Positions 27,707 to 38,642 of a stretch of DNA of 64,000 nucleotides are shown piece by piece (position 1 is the stretch's first letter; every line of letters starts with the position of its first letter). Under the pieces are notes generated by a model. It was not told the origin of the DNA and made no database searches. It saw nothing but the letters and a program-made list of their open reading frames with translations. The position numbers and the translations under genes are program-made. The DNA lies in NCBI RefSeq assembly GCF_031372575.1, contig NZ_JANMLM010000111.1:2750-66749 (forward strand), given 5' to 3'. Source of the stretch: Sphingomonas sp. GTDB taxonomy: Bacteria > Pseudomonadota > Alphaproteobacteria > Sphingomonadales > Sphingomonadaceae.

Positions 27707-28954
27707 ATGACCCAGACCCACTTTCCCGACCAAAAGGTGCGCCGCGTTGTCCTCGCTTATTCTGGCGGGCTCGACACCAGCGTGATCCTCAAATGGCTCC
27801 AGCAAACCTATGGCTGCGAAGTCGTGACCTTTACTGCCGATCTTGGCCAGGGCGAAGAGATCGAGCCGGCGCGGGCGAAGGCGCAAGCGATGGGGGTCAA
27901 GCCGGAGCATATCTTCATCGACGATTTGCGCGAGGAATTCGTCGCCGACTACGTCTATCCGATGATGCGCGCCAATGCGCTTTATGAAGGGTTGTATCTG
28001 CTCGGCACCTCGATCGCGCGGCCGCTGATCGCCAAGCGCCAGATCGAGATTGCGCGCCAGGTCGGCGCCGATGCGGTCAGCCACGGCGCGACCGGCAAGG
28101 GTAACGACCAGGTGCGGTTCGAGCTTGGCTATTATGCGCTGGCCCCCGACATCAAGGTCATCGCCCCGTGGCGCGAATGGGATTTGACCAGCCGCACCGC
28201 GCTGATCGACTTTGCCGAACAACATCAGATTCCGGTGCCCAAGGACAAGCGCGGCGAATCGCCATTCTCGACCGACGCCAATCTGCTGCACACCTCGTCC
28301 GAGGGCAAAGTGCTCGAGGATCCATGGGCCGAAGTCCCGGATTACGTTTACTCGCGCACTGACGATCTGGTCGCTGCCCCCGACACGCCCGAGGAGATCG
28401 CCATCACCTTCAAGGGCGGTGACGGGGTCGCGGTCAATGGCGAGGCGCTGAGCCCGGCGATGCTTCTGACCAGGCTCAACGCGCTCGGCAAGCTGCACGG
28501 CATCGGCCGGCTCGACCTGGTCGAGAATCGCTTCGTGGGGATGAAGTCGCGTGGGATGTATGAGACGCCGGGCGGGACGATTTATCACGCCGCGCACCGC
28601 GCAATCGAGCAATTGACCCTCGACCGCGGGGCAGCACATCTCAAGGATGAGCTGATGCCGCGTTATGCGGAATTGCTCTACAACGGCTTCTGGTTCAGCC
28701 CCGAGCGTGAGATGTTGCAGGCGGCGATCGACCTCAGCCAGTCCAAGGTCGATGGTGAGGTGCGGATGAAACTCTACAAGGGCGGTGTCCACATCACCGG
28801 GCGGCGTTCACCCAACAGCCTTTACAGCGAGAAGGTCGTGACCTTCGAAGACGACGCCGGCGCTTATGACCAGCGCGATGCCGAAGGGTTCATCAAGCTG
28901 AACGCGCTTCGCCTCCGCTTGCTCGGGCGGCGCGACGGCGGCACAGGGGCGTAG
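27707..28954 (+). CDS. argG: Argininosuccinate synthase
   Basis: [25 protein letters not shown] and SRGMYETP. Confidence 0.97.
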   Translation: MTQTHFPDQKVRRVVLAYSGGLDTSVILKWLQQTYGCEVVTFTADLGQGEEIEPARAKAQAMGVKPEHIFIDDLREEFVADYVYPMMRANALYEGLYLLGTSIARPLIAKRQIEIARQVGADAVSHGATGKGNDQVRFELGYYALAPDIKVIAPWREWDLTSRTALIDFAEQHQIPVPKDKRGESPFSTDANLLHTSSEGKVLEDPWAEVPDYVYSRTDDLVAAPDTPEEIAITFKGGDGVAVNGEALSPAMLLTRLNALGKLHGIGRLDLVENRFVGMKSRGMYETPGGTIYHAAHRAIEQLTLDRGAAHLKDELMPRYAELLYNGFWFSPEREMLQAAIDLSQSKVDGEVRMKLYKGGVHITGRRSPNSLYSEKVVTFEDDAGAYDQRDAEGFIKLNALRLRLLGRRDGGTGA

Positions 28955-29011
28955 GCGACGGCGCATCGCCGCCCGCAAATCTGACCGGGTGCGAATGAAG
29001 GGGGCGAGGGA

Positions 29012-30562
29012 ATGAACGCAGGGGCGGCACGACAGGGGCGACCACGATCGGCGCTCACCCTGCTCGACAGTCGCGCCGCCTTCGCGCTGTTGGTTCTGCT
29101 ATCGGCGATTCCGCTGCTCGGGCCGGACGTCTCGCCATTGGTCGATGTCCCGGGCCACATGGCGCGCTACCGCGTGATGCTCGGCACCGATGCGGCGACG
29201 CTTGGCCAATATTATTCGTTCGAGTGGAAGCCGATCGGCTACATCGGGTTCGAGCTGTTGGTGTCGCTGATCGCGCCGATCACGGGGCTCGAGCCAGCGG
29301 TCAAGCTGCTAACGATTGCGATCCCGATGATCGCCGTCGCCGGAATTCTCAACCTGTCGCGGGTCGCACACGGATCGGTCCAGCCGAGCGCCTTGTTCGC
29401 CGTTCCGCTCGTCTATCATCTGACCTTTCTCTACGGCTTCCTCAATTACACTATGGCGATGGCGCTGATGCTCAACGCGCTGGCGCTGTGGCTGTGGCTA
29501 GGCAAGCGCGACCAGTTACGCCTTCGGGCGTTGCTGTTCGTGCCGATTTCGGTGTCGATCTGGCTGTTCCACGTGATTGGCTGGATGGCGCTTGGGCTGG
29601 TCATCTTCATGGCCGAATGGGCGAGCCGGCGGGAACGGGGCGAGCCGCATTTCCGCGCGATCCTGTGGGCCGCCGTATCCTGCCTGCCGATGTGCTTGCC
29701 GATGCTCGCCTTCCTCAACTGGAGTCCGGCCGGGGGCGGGGCGGCCGACGGGATCTGGATGAGCCTCCGGGCCAAGCCGTTATGGCTGCTGACGGTGTTG
29801 CGGGACCGCTGGATCATGTTCGACCTGGCCTCGGTCGCGGTCCTCCTGGTGATGCTGTATTACGGCTGGCGCAGCCCGGTGCAGCGCTATAGCCGGCCCT
29901 TGCTGGCGGCGGTTGCGGGCCTGTTCGCCTTGTTCCTGGTGATGCCGTTCCAGCAGGCTTTTGCCGATGCGCGGCTGGCCCCCTATCTGTTCATCCTGGC
30001 ATTGGTTGCGATCGGCCCGGCCAAGGCCGATCGTCCGGTATCGAACAATTTCCTGCTTTACGCCGGACTTGCCTTTGTTCTGGTGCGGATGGTCGGCGCG
30101 GCGATCAGCATCTCGATCGAATGGGACAGCTGGAAACAGCGGCTCGTGGCGCTCGACCATCTGCCCTACGGCAGCCGGGTAGTCGCCTTTTCGACTTTTC
30201 CGTGCGAGCAGGGATGGCGGATGCGGCGGAGCGGCCACATTGCGGGCATGGCGGTGGTCCGTCGCGGCTCCTTCTCCAACGATCAGTATAATCTTGGTCC
30301 AAGCGCGCTGCTGACGGTCAAGGAACGCGGTCTTGGCCGGTTCGCGCTCGATCCGTCGCAGGCCGTGGCCGATCGTCATTGCGGGGCTATGATTGGCGAC
30401 CCGACGCTTGGCGAATCGCTCGCCGAATTTCCGCGCGACAAGTTCGACTATGTCTGGCTGATCGATCCGCAGTTGCGCCCGGGTATGGCTCGCGGGTTGC
30501 AACCGGTGTGGAGCGACGGGCGCGATATGGTGCTCAAAATCGACCATGACCGTGGATCCTGA
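29012..30562 (+). CDS. Polytopic membrane protein, putative GT-C glycosyltransferase (paralogue 1)
   Basis: About 11 TM segments, first-loop motif PLVDVPGH, GFLNY, and a C-terminal soluble domain. Confidence 0.6.
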   Translation: MNAGAARQGRPRSALTLLDSRAAFALLVLLSAIPLLGPDVSPLVDVPGHMARYRVMLGTDAATLGQYYSFEWKPIGYIGFELLVSLIAPITGLEPAVKLLTIAIPMIAVAGILNLSRVAHGSVQPSALFAVPLVYHLTFLYGFLNYTMAMALMLNALALWLWLGKRDQLRLRALLFVPISVSIWLFHVIGWMALGLVIFMAEWASRRERGEPHFRAILWAAVSCLPMCLPMLAFLNWSPAGGGAADGIWMSLRAKPLWLLTVLRDRWIMFDLASVAVLLVMLYYGWRSPVQRYSRPLLAAVAGLFALFLVMPFQQAFADARLAPYLFILALVAIGPAKADRPVSNNFLLYAGLAFVLVRMVGAAISISIEWDSWKQRLVALDHLPYGSRVVAFSTFPCEQGWRMRRSGHIAGMAVVRRGSFSNDQYNLGPSALLTVKERGLGRFALDPSQAVADRHCGAMIGDPTLGESLAEFPRDKFDYVWLIDPQLRPGMARGLQPVWSDGRDMVLKIDHDRGS

Positions 30563-32192
30563 TCCGCCGCCCGGTGCGACCCCGGCGCAACGGCCGATAG
30601 TGGGGTTGCCGCACTTGCTGGCGAGCGAGCCAGCACCGCCGGCCGCGCCCAAGGGCGAGCCGCGCCCGTGGTGGGAAAGCCGCGCTTTCGTCGCGGCAAT
30701 GATCGCGCTTGCGTTCGTGCCGTTACTTTATCCCCCGGTCCCGCCCTTGGTTGACCTGCTCGGTCACATGGGGCGCTATCGGGTCGAACTCGACGTCGGA
30801 AGCTCGCCCGACCTGCAGCGTTATTACAGTTTCCAATGGCATTTGATCGGCAATCTCGGGGTCGATCTGCTGATCGTCCCGCTGGCCAAGTTGGTCGGGC
30901 TGGAAATGGCGGTCAAACTGATCGCGATGAGCATTCCGCCGCTGACGGTTGCCGGCTTCCTGTGGGTTGCGCGGGAGGTGCACAACCGGTTGCCCCCGAC
31001 CGCGGCACTGGCCTTGCCGTTTGCGCTGTCGCACCCGTTCCTGTTCGGCTTTCTCAATTACACGCTGGCGATGGCGTTGGCGTTCCTCGCCTTTGCGTTG
31101 TGGCTCCGGCTCGGTCGGCTGGGCAAGACCAGGCTTCGGGCGATCCTGTTCGTACCGATCAGCTTTCTGCTGTTCGTCTGTCACACCTTCGGCTGGGGGA
31201 CGCTTGGCTTATTGTGTTTCTCGGCCGAGGCAGTGCGCCAGCATGACAAGGGCATCAGCTGGTGGCGGGCCGCGCTCAAGGCTGCGCTGCATGCGCTGGT
31301 GATGGCGGGGCCGGTGGTGCTGATGCTGGTGTGGCGAAGTGACGTTGCCGGCGCACCAACCCACGGCTGGTTCAATTGGGTTGGCAAGGGCCAATGGGTG
31401 GCACAGGCGTTGCGCGATCGCTGGCAATGGATTGATATTGCGATCCTGGTGGCGATCGGGCTGTGCGGGCTGCTCGCGCTGGCGACGCGTTGGTTCACTT
31501 TGTCGCGCAACCTCGCTTTCTCGGCGATGGTGCTCGCGGTCGCTTTTGTGCTGCTGCCATGGACGGTGTTCGGTTCGGCCTATGCCGACATGCGCCTCGC
31601 GCCGTTCGTGCTGGCGGTGATCGTGTTGGGGATCCGGACCAAGTCCAGGCCGCCGTTCACGTTCGCCAGCGTGCTTGCGGTCGTCGCGACCAGCGTGTTC
31701 GTGGCCAAGGTTGCGATCACCGCCACCAGCCTGGCCATCGCGTCCGACCGGCAGGATCGCCAGCTAGCCGCGCTCGATCTTGTCCCGCGCGGCGCGGCCC
31801 TGGTCTATCTGGTCGGCCAGCCCTGCACCACGATCTGGCCGTTGTTCCGCGAATCGCATCTTGGCGCGATGGCGATCGTGCGGCGTCATGCTTTCTCTAA
31901 CGACCAATGGGCGATCGACGGCGCCAATCTGCTTACGGTTCATTACCGCCCGGCGGGACATTTCCGCGCCGATCCGTCGCAAATGGTCAGCGATCAACGC
32001 TGCAGGCGCCCCAAATCGCCGCCGGTCGACCTGGCGATGCGGGCGATCCCGCGGAGCGCGTTCGCCTATGTCTGGCTGGTCGATGTCCCGCGCTTCGACC
32101 CCGCCTCGCTGGCTGGCTATCGCGAAATCTGGCGCGGCGAGGGCAGCGCCCTCTATGCGAAGTCGTCGCCAGCCGCCAAAGAGGCACCATGA
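30546..32192 (+). CDS. Polytopic membrane protein, putative GT-C glycosyltransferase (paralogue 2)
   Basis: Shares PLVDLLGH, YYSF.W, GFLNY, D.RLAP and FSNDQ with the upstream paralogue. Confidence 0.6.
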   Translation: MTVDPDPPPGATPAQRPIVGLPHLLASEPAPPAAPKGEPRPWWESRAFVAAMIALAFVPLLYPPVPPLVDLLGHMGRYRVELDVGSSPDLQRYYSFQWHLIGNLGVDLLIVPLAKLVGLEMAVKLIAMSIPPLTVAGFLWVAREVHNRLPPTAALALPFALSHPFLFGFLNYTLAMALAFLAFALWLRLGRLGKTRLRAILFVPISFLLFVCHTFGWGTLGLLCFSAEAVRQHDKGISWWRAALKAALHALVMAGPVVLMLVWRSDVAGAPTHGWFNWVGKGQWVAQALRDRWQWIDIAILVAIGLCGLLALATRWFTLSRNLAFSAMVLAVAFVLLPWTVFGSAYADMRLAPFVLAVIVLGIRTKSRPPFTFASVLAVVATSVFVAKVAITATSLAIASDRQDRQLAALDLVPRGAALVYLVGQPCTTIWPLFRESHLGAMAIVRRHAFSNDQWAIDGANLLTVHYRPAGHFRADPSQMVSDQRCRRPKSPPVDLAMRAIPRSAFAYVWLVDVPRFDPASLAGYREIWRGEGSALYAKSSPAAKEAP

Positions 32193-33277
32193 CCGCGCTT
32201 TCGATCGTCATTCCCTGCTTCAACGAACAGGAATGCCTGCCCACTTTGCACCAGCGGCTGACCGCTGCCGCGACCGCCGCCGTCGGCAGCGATTATGAAT
32301 TGGTGCTGGTTAATGACGGGTCGAAGGATCGCACCTGGTCGATGATGCAGGAATTGGCGGCGACCGATCCCCACCTCGTCGCGATCAACCTGTCGCGCAA
32401 CCACGGCCACCAACTGGCACTGACCGCAGGGCTCGACCTGGCCCGGGGCAAGACCATCCTGATTATCGACGCCGACTTGCAGGACCCGCCCGAGCTGCTC
32501 GGCGACATGATCGCCACGATGCGCCGTGAAGCGGCCGACGTGGTCTATGGCGTGCGCACCCAGCGCGCTGGCGAAACGCGCTTCAAACGCGCCACTGCCC
32601 ACGCTTTTTACCGCATGCTCGCCGCCGCGACCGAGGTCGAAATTCCAGTCGACGCTGGCGATTTCCGGCTGATGAGCCGCCGTGCGCTCGACGCCCTGTT
32701 GGCAATGCCCGAACAAGCGCGCTTCATCCGCGGGATGGTGGCGTGGATCGGCTTTCGGCAGGTGCCCTTCCCTTACAATCGCGACGAACGTTTCGCCGGG
32801 GTGACCAAATATCCATTGTCGAAGATGATCCGCTTCGCGCTTGATGCGCTAACCGGCTTCTCTTCGGCCCCGTTGAAGCTCGCGAGCCACGCCGGACTTG
32901 CGCTGGCGTTCGGATCGCTGCTGATCATCCTCTACATCCTGTTTGCCTGGATGGGCGGCAAGACGATCCAGGGCTGGACCTCGCTGATGCTGGTGGTGGT
33001 GGTGCTTGGTGCGGTGCAGATGTTCGTGCTGGCGCTGATGGGCGAATATATCGGGCGGCTCTACAGTCAGTCGAAGAACCGACCGCTCTATATCGTCCAG
33101 GACATTGCCGGTGGTGGCGCGGCGCGATTCGGCAGCGAACGCCTTGGCAGCGGCTTGGGGATCGTCGCTTCAGCGGAAGGTCCAGCGGCGGTGGAGCCAG
33201 AAGGTCATCAGCGGAGTGAGCGCGATATTGGGGATGATCGGCCACCAGGTCGCCCCGCCCAACCGCTCGACCAATAA
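32189..33277 (+). CDS. GtrB/DPM-like polyprenol-phosphate glycosyltransferase (GT2)
   Basis: SIVIPCFNE, VNDGSKD, RNHGHQ.A, IDADLQDPPE and RFIRG, with two C-terminal TMs. Confidence 0.9.
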   Translation: MTALSIVIPCFNEQECLPTLHQRLTAAATAAVGSDYELVLVNDGSKDRTWSMMQELAATDPHLVAINLSRNHGHQLALTAGLDLARGKTILIIDADLQDPPELLGDMIATMRREAADVVYGVRTQRAGETRFKRATAHAFYRMLAAATEVEIPVDAGDFRLMSRRALDALLAMPEQARFIRGMVAWIGFRQVPFPYNRDERFAGVTKYPLSKMIRFALDALTGFSSAPLKLASHAGLALAFGSLLIILYILFAWMGGKTIQGWTSLMLVVVVLGAVQMFVLALMGEYIGRLYSQSKNRPLYIVQDIAGGGAARFGSERLGSGLGIVASAEGPAAVEPEGHQRSERDIGDDRPPGRPAQPLDQ

Positions 33278-33595
33278 CCACACCCAGAAGCTGTTGATCG
33301 CATAACCGACCAGATTGACCGCGACGAAGCGCAAGCCCATCCGGCCATGATCGTCGCGATCCCCGTGGCCGGCAAAGCTGATCCAGCCATGTGCGAAATA
33401 GCCAACGATCACCCCGACGATCCACGCAATCGCAATCGCCACCAGTGGCGAGGTCGTGCGGGTTTCGGCCAGCGCATAATAAATTGCCTGGCCACCAGCC
33501 GTGATTGCCGCGCCGATGACGGCGTAGCGGATCAGCTGGAGCAAGGCGGCGCGCTGTTTGGGGTCGGCGAGCGCGCGATCGATGCGGTTCTTCAC
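33170..33595 (-). CDS. GtrA family flippase-like protein
   Basis: About 141 aa with 4 TMs (LIRYAVIG...RFVAVN...HRRWTF). GTG start overlaps the methyltransferase stop. Confidence 0.85.
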   Translation of the reverse strand: MKNRIDRALADPKQRAALLQLIRYAVIGAAITAGGQAIYYALAETRTTSPLVAIAIAWIVGVIVGYFAHGWISFAGHGDRDDHGRMGLRFVAVNLVGYAINSFWVWLLVERLGGATWWPIIPNIALTPLMTFWLHRRWTFR

Positions 33596-34338
33596 CGTCT
33601 TGCGGCGGCTTCGATCTTGGCCTTGGCCATGGCGATCGGCTTGACCAGTGCGCCGGGGATCATCCGCACGGCGGCGCGGCGCAGCAGCCACTTGAAGTCA
33701 CCGCCAATGGTCAGCGGCTGATCGTCGGGCACGCGGGTCGCGAGCATCGCCGTGGACAGGCGCTTCTGCCCGGCGGCGTTGGCGTAAACATAGCTGTTGA
33801 AGCGGTACCAGGCCATGACGCCATCCTTGCCGACCAGACCCGGACGGACAAAGTCAAATGCCGCAAAGCCATGCGCGGCGAACTTGGCGCGCCAATATTC
33901 GGGCGGCTGTTCGTTGACATGATGCTCGCCACCTTGGTGCGGGACCGCCGCTGAAAAGAGGATGACATCGCCGTGAGTGATCAAGTTGTCGACGAACAGA
34001 TCGGCCTTGGCGTGGGGCAGATGCTCGGCTACTTCGAGCGTCTGGACGAGGTCAAACTTGCGCTTGAGATCGAGCGGGGTGGCGAGGTCGTGGGCGAGGA
34101 AATTGCCCGCCGGGATCGCCAGTTGCTGCAAACTGACATAGTCTCCATCGACCGCAATCACGTCCTTCACGCCCGCCGCCAGCCACTCCGCCGCCCACGC
34201 GCCATGACCCGCGCCAATGTCGAGCAGGCTGGCGATTTCCATCTCGGGAAGCAGCAATCCGGCCACCGCGCGCGCCGATCGGCGCGACCCGGCGTCGATA
34301 TAATCGTAGAAGTCATGGCTATATTGATGCTCGATCAT
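33592..34338 (-). CDS. Class I SAM-dependent methyltransferase (glycan-locus type)
   Basis: LLDIGAGHG, LEVAEHL and HHVNEQP. Confidence 0.85.
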   Translation of the reverse strand: MIEHQYSHDFYDYIDAGSRRSARAVAGLLLPEMEIASLLDIGAGHGAWAAEWLAAGVKDVIAVDGDYVSLQQLAIPAGNFLAHDLATPLDLKRKFDLVQTLEVAEHLPHAKADLFVDNLITHGDVILFSAAVPHQGGEHHVNEQPPEYWRAKFAAHGFAAFDFVRPGLVGKDGVMAWYRFNSYVYANAAGQKRLSTAMLATRVPDDQPLTIGGDFKWLLRRAAVRMIPGALVKPIAMAKAKIEAAARR

Positions 34339-34405
34339 TCGCGCCCGAACCTGCTTCTTGGCTTGCTGTTAAGTGCTGGCACGCTAGAGCGCGAAACCTA
34401 ATCAA

Positions 34406-36202
34406 GTGCAAGGATCAGCGGTGCCCGAACGGTTTGTGACCATCATTGACCGGCATTGGCGCAGCCTCGCGATCCTCGCCTGGGCGTTGTTAGCCGCCTG
34501 GCTTATCTATTCCAAGTGGAACAATATCGCCGGATTCGTACTCAGCGACACCGACGACAATATGCGCATGGCGCAGGTCCGCGCGTGGCTCAACGACGGG
34601 CAGGGCTGGTACGACCTTCGGCAATATAAGCTCGACTGGCCGACCGGGGCGAACATCCACTGGTCGCGGCTGGTCGATTTGCCGCTGGCCGGCCTGATCC
34701 TGATCGGACGGCTGTTCCTGACCGGCCCGCAGGCCGAGCAATTCGCCATCGCGGTGGCGCCATTGCTGCCGCTCCTGTTGCTGATTTTCGCCTTGTCGCT
34801 GACCGTCCGGCGGCTGGTTCATCCCGCCGCGTGGCCCCTCGCGATCATCTGCCTGTTCTTTGCCGGATCGGCGACCGGGCAGTTCGTACCGACGCGAATC
34901 GATCATCACGGCTGGCAGCTGGCTTTTCTTGCGCTGGGCATTTCAGGGATTGCCGACCCGAAGCGCGCGCGGGGCGGCGCAGTGCTCGGCCTCGCTGCGG
35001 CGCTGTCGCTCAGCATCGGGCTCGAATCACTGATCTACATCGCGCTTGGCGGCGTCACGATGGTGCTGTTCTGGGTTGCCGAGCGCGATGAGCGGCGGCG
35101 GCTCGCGACTTATGCCGGCAGTCTGGCCGGTGGATGCGCGGTTGGTTTCCTGGTCTTCGCTTCCTATGCCAATCGCCTGCCGGTGTGCGACGCTTTGTCG
35201 CCGGTGTGGCTGGCCGATGCACTGCTTGGCGGCGCGTTGATGCTCGGCCTCGCCTGGTGGTCGCCGGCCAAATGGCAGGTGCGGCTGGGCGGCGCATTGG
35301 TCGCGGGCCTGATCATTGCTGCGTTTCACGCACTGGCCTGGCCGCATTGCCTGACGCGCCTCGAAGGGGTCAGCCCCGAGGTCACCAAATTGTGGCTCAG
35401 CCATGTCCGCGAGGCGCGCCCAATCACCCAGCATGGCTGGCGGATCGGGCTGATCATTCTCGCGCTTCCGGTCGCCGGGCTGATCGGCTGGGGCGCTTTG
35501 GTCTGGCGGCATCGCATCAACCCCGACCTGCTGCGCCGCTCGCTCGGCGCGGCGGTTCCGGCGTTTGCGGCAGCTGGCCTGTTATTCTGGCAGGTCCGCG
35601 TCGGACCCGCGTCGCAGGTGCTCGCTGTTCCTGGCGCGGTCACTTTGGTCGCGATCCTGGCGCCGATCGCCTTCCGGTCGAACAATAGCGTGGTCCGGGT
35701 CCTTGGTACCGCGCTCGCGGTGCTGAGCGGGCTCGGCGCTCTGGTTCCGTTAGGGATCGATTATGTCGCCCCGGGCAAGCCACAAACAATGCGCGATCGG
35801 ATGATTGCCAAGGCCAATTCATCCTGCCCCTCGCTCAAGGCGATGCGCCCGGTGGCCAAGCTTCCTGCGGGCACGATCTTTACCTTTGCCGATCTCTCGC
35901 CGCGGCTGATCACCGTCACCCATCATCGGGCGATTGCCGGCCCCTATCACCGCAATGGTCAAGCGATCCTCGATTCGATGATGCTGTTCCGCGGCTCGCC
36001 CGACAATGCGCGCGCCTTGCTCGCCAAATATCACGCCGATTATCTGATGACCTGCCCGCTGTTCAGCCAGGCGACGGTCTATTCCGCCGAAACTCCCAAG
36101 GGCTTTTATGTCCAGCTTGAAAAGGGCCAGGTGCCGAACTGGCTCGAGCCGGTCGATCTGGGCCCGAAGTCGCCGCTCAAATTGTGGAAAGTGAAGCCCT
36201 AA
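34406..36202 (+). CDS. Polytopic GT-C protein, distantly STT3/AglB-like (start may be 34421)
   Basis: First-loop DTDD..R, RIDHH motif, about 13 TMs, and a C-terminal periplasmic domain with GPYHRN. Confidence 0.55.
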   Translation: MQGSAVPERFVTIIDRHWRSLAILAWALLAAWLIYSKWNNIAGFVLSDTDDNMRMAQVRAWLNDGQGWYDLRQYKLDWPTGANIHWSRLVDLPLAGLILIGRLFLTGPQAEQFAIAVAPLLPLLLLIFALSLTVRRLVHPAAWPLAIICLFFAGSATGQFVPTRIDHHGWQLAFLALGISGIADPKRARGGAVLGLAAALSLSIGLESLIYIALGGVTMVLFWVAERDERRRLATYAGSLAGGCAVGFLVFASYANRLPVCDALSPVWLADALLGGALMLGLAWWSPAKWQVRLGGALVAGLIIAAFHALAWPHCLTRLEGVSPEVTKLWLSHVREARPITQHGWRIGLIILALPVAGLIGWGALVWRHRINPDLLRRSLGAAVPAFAAAGLLFWQVRVGPASQVLAVPGAVTLVAILAPIAFRSNNSVVRVLGTALAVLSGLGALVPLGIDYVAPGKPQTMRDRMIAKANSSCPSLKAMRPVAKLPAGTIFTFADLSPRLITVTHHRAIAGPYHRNGQAILDSMMLFRGSPDNARALLAKYHADYLMTCPLFSQATVYSAETPKGFYVQLEKGQVPNWLEPVDLGPKSPLKLWKVKP

Positions 36203-36831
36203 CCCGCGAGGCCCGGAAGGCTGCGCTCAAGCCCGTCGAGCACGAACTGCGCGGCGAGCGCGGCGAGGATGACGCCGAGGATGCGGGTAATCATCGCTTC
36301 CAGCTTGGGGCCGACGAACTTCATCAGTGGCCCGGCGGCGAGCAAGGCGAGCAAGGTCAGCGCCAGTACTGCGGTCATCGCGCCGAAAACGATCAAGCCC
36401 TCGACGGTGCCTTCGGCGCGGGCGCTCATCAGCATGATGGTGGCGATCGATCCCGGCCCGGCGATCATCGGGATGGCCATCGGAAACACGCTGATGTCGT
36501 CGGCGTCGGGGGTGCCCTTCAATCCCTCAGCACGCTCCTCACGGCGTTCAGTGCGGCGCTCGAACACCATGTCGAGCGCAATCATGAACAGCATGATCCC
36601 GCCCGCCAGGCGGAAGGCGGACAGGCTGATGCCCAGCGTCCGGAGCAGGGGTTCGCCGAGCAACGCGAAAAACATCAGGATGAACCACGCCACCACCACC
36701 GACCGGACTGCCATTGCGCGGCGATGCCTAGAGTCGGTGCCAGCCGTCAGCGATGCGAAAATCGGCGCGCAACCCGGCGGGTCGATGATCACCAGCAGGG
36801 TGATGAAGGCGGTGGTGAATAATTCGGTCAT
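36199..36831 (-). CDS. MarC family membrane protein
   Basis: IIDPPG, FRLAGG and FPMAIPMIAGPGSI. Confidence 0.92.
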   Translation of the reverse strand: MTELFTTAFITLLVIIDPPGCAPIFASLTAGTDSRHRRAMAVRSVVVAWFILMFFALLGEPLLRTLGISLSAFRLAGGIMLFMIALDMVFERRTERREERAEGLKGTPDADDISVFPMAIPMIAGPGSIATIMLMSARAEGTVEGLIVFGAMTAVLALTLLALLAAGPLMKFVGPKLEAMITRILGVILAALAAQFVLDGLERSLPGLAG

Positions 36832-37420
36832 TTGGCGGACGCGGCCACCTTGTCTTCGATCACCATCTGGTAGCGCGCGCCATTCCATTGATAGATTAGC
36901 AGGCGACGCTGGCCGCGCGGACCAACGTTGATCAGCCACGCCAGCGACTGGTCTTTCGAATGCTGCGACTTGGCCAGAATCACGCCGCTCGGCTTGCCCT
37001 TGCATGACGCGATGAAGGGCGAAATGTCGCCGCCTTCGCCGCGCGCGAACTTCTCGGGTTCACCGGCGTCGTAAATCCATTTCCAGCTCCCGTCGGCCTG
37101 CCGCGTCCAGATGGTGGTGAAGTAACCGACCGCCTTGCCATAGCCGCGCACCCACGGCCCGGTATTGACCGCGACCGTCCCGTCGCAGCTGACATAGCTT
37201 CGCCCCGGCCACCAATAAACGCTGGTCGGCGGGTCGGCGCGATCCTTGAGCCAAGCCTGTGCGTTGACCCGCTCGGGAACGAACATCGCTGCATCATCGG
37301 CGGCATATTTGCGGAAGGCGGTCCACTGGCCGATTTTCTGCGCGTCGGCGGCAAAGGCGCGCTCGGCGTCGATCGCGGTCATTGGCGCGGGCGCGGCCAC
37401 GACGAGTAACAAAGCCAGGA

Positions 37421-37424
<4 letters not shown>
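36828..37424 (-). CDS. Exported NTF2/SnoaL-like (DUF4440-type) protein
   Basis: [34 protein letters not shown]. Confidence 0.6.
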
Positions 37425-38289
<865 letters not shown>

Positions 38290-38293
<4 letters not shown>

Positions 38294-38598
38294 ACCGCCG
38301 ACGAAGCAAGGTCCATCGCCGCCCCGGCGAGCAATTTCTGAAGCACCATGATCAGCAACAGAATCACCAACGGCGAGAAATCGAGCCCGCCGAAATCGGG
38401 CAATATCTTGCGGATCGGGCGATACAGCGGGGCCGTCAGTCGGTCGAGCGCCGTGGCGAACGAGCGGACGAACGGGCTGTTGAAGTTGAGCACGTTGAAC
38501 GCCAGCAGCCAGCTGAGGATCGCCTGGACGATGATGACCCACCACAATACGCTGAGCAGCATGATGGCGATCTGAAAGAGCGAAAGAGCGATGTTCAT
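38290..38598 (-). CDS. YggT family protein
   Basis: [21 protein letters not shown]. Confidence 0.9.
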
Positions 38599-38642
38599 TC
38601 CCGCGCTCTAGCCGCCCTCGGCGACGCGGGCAATTGCAGGCG

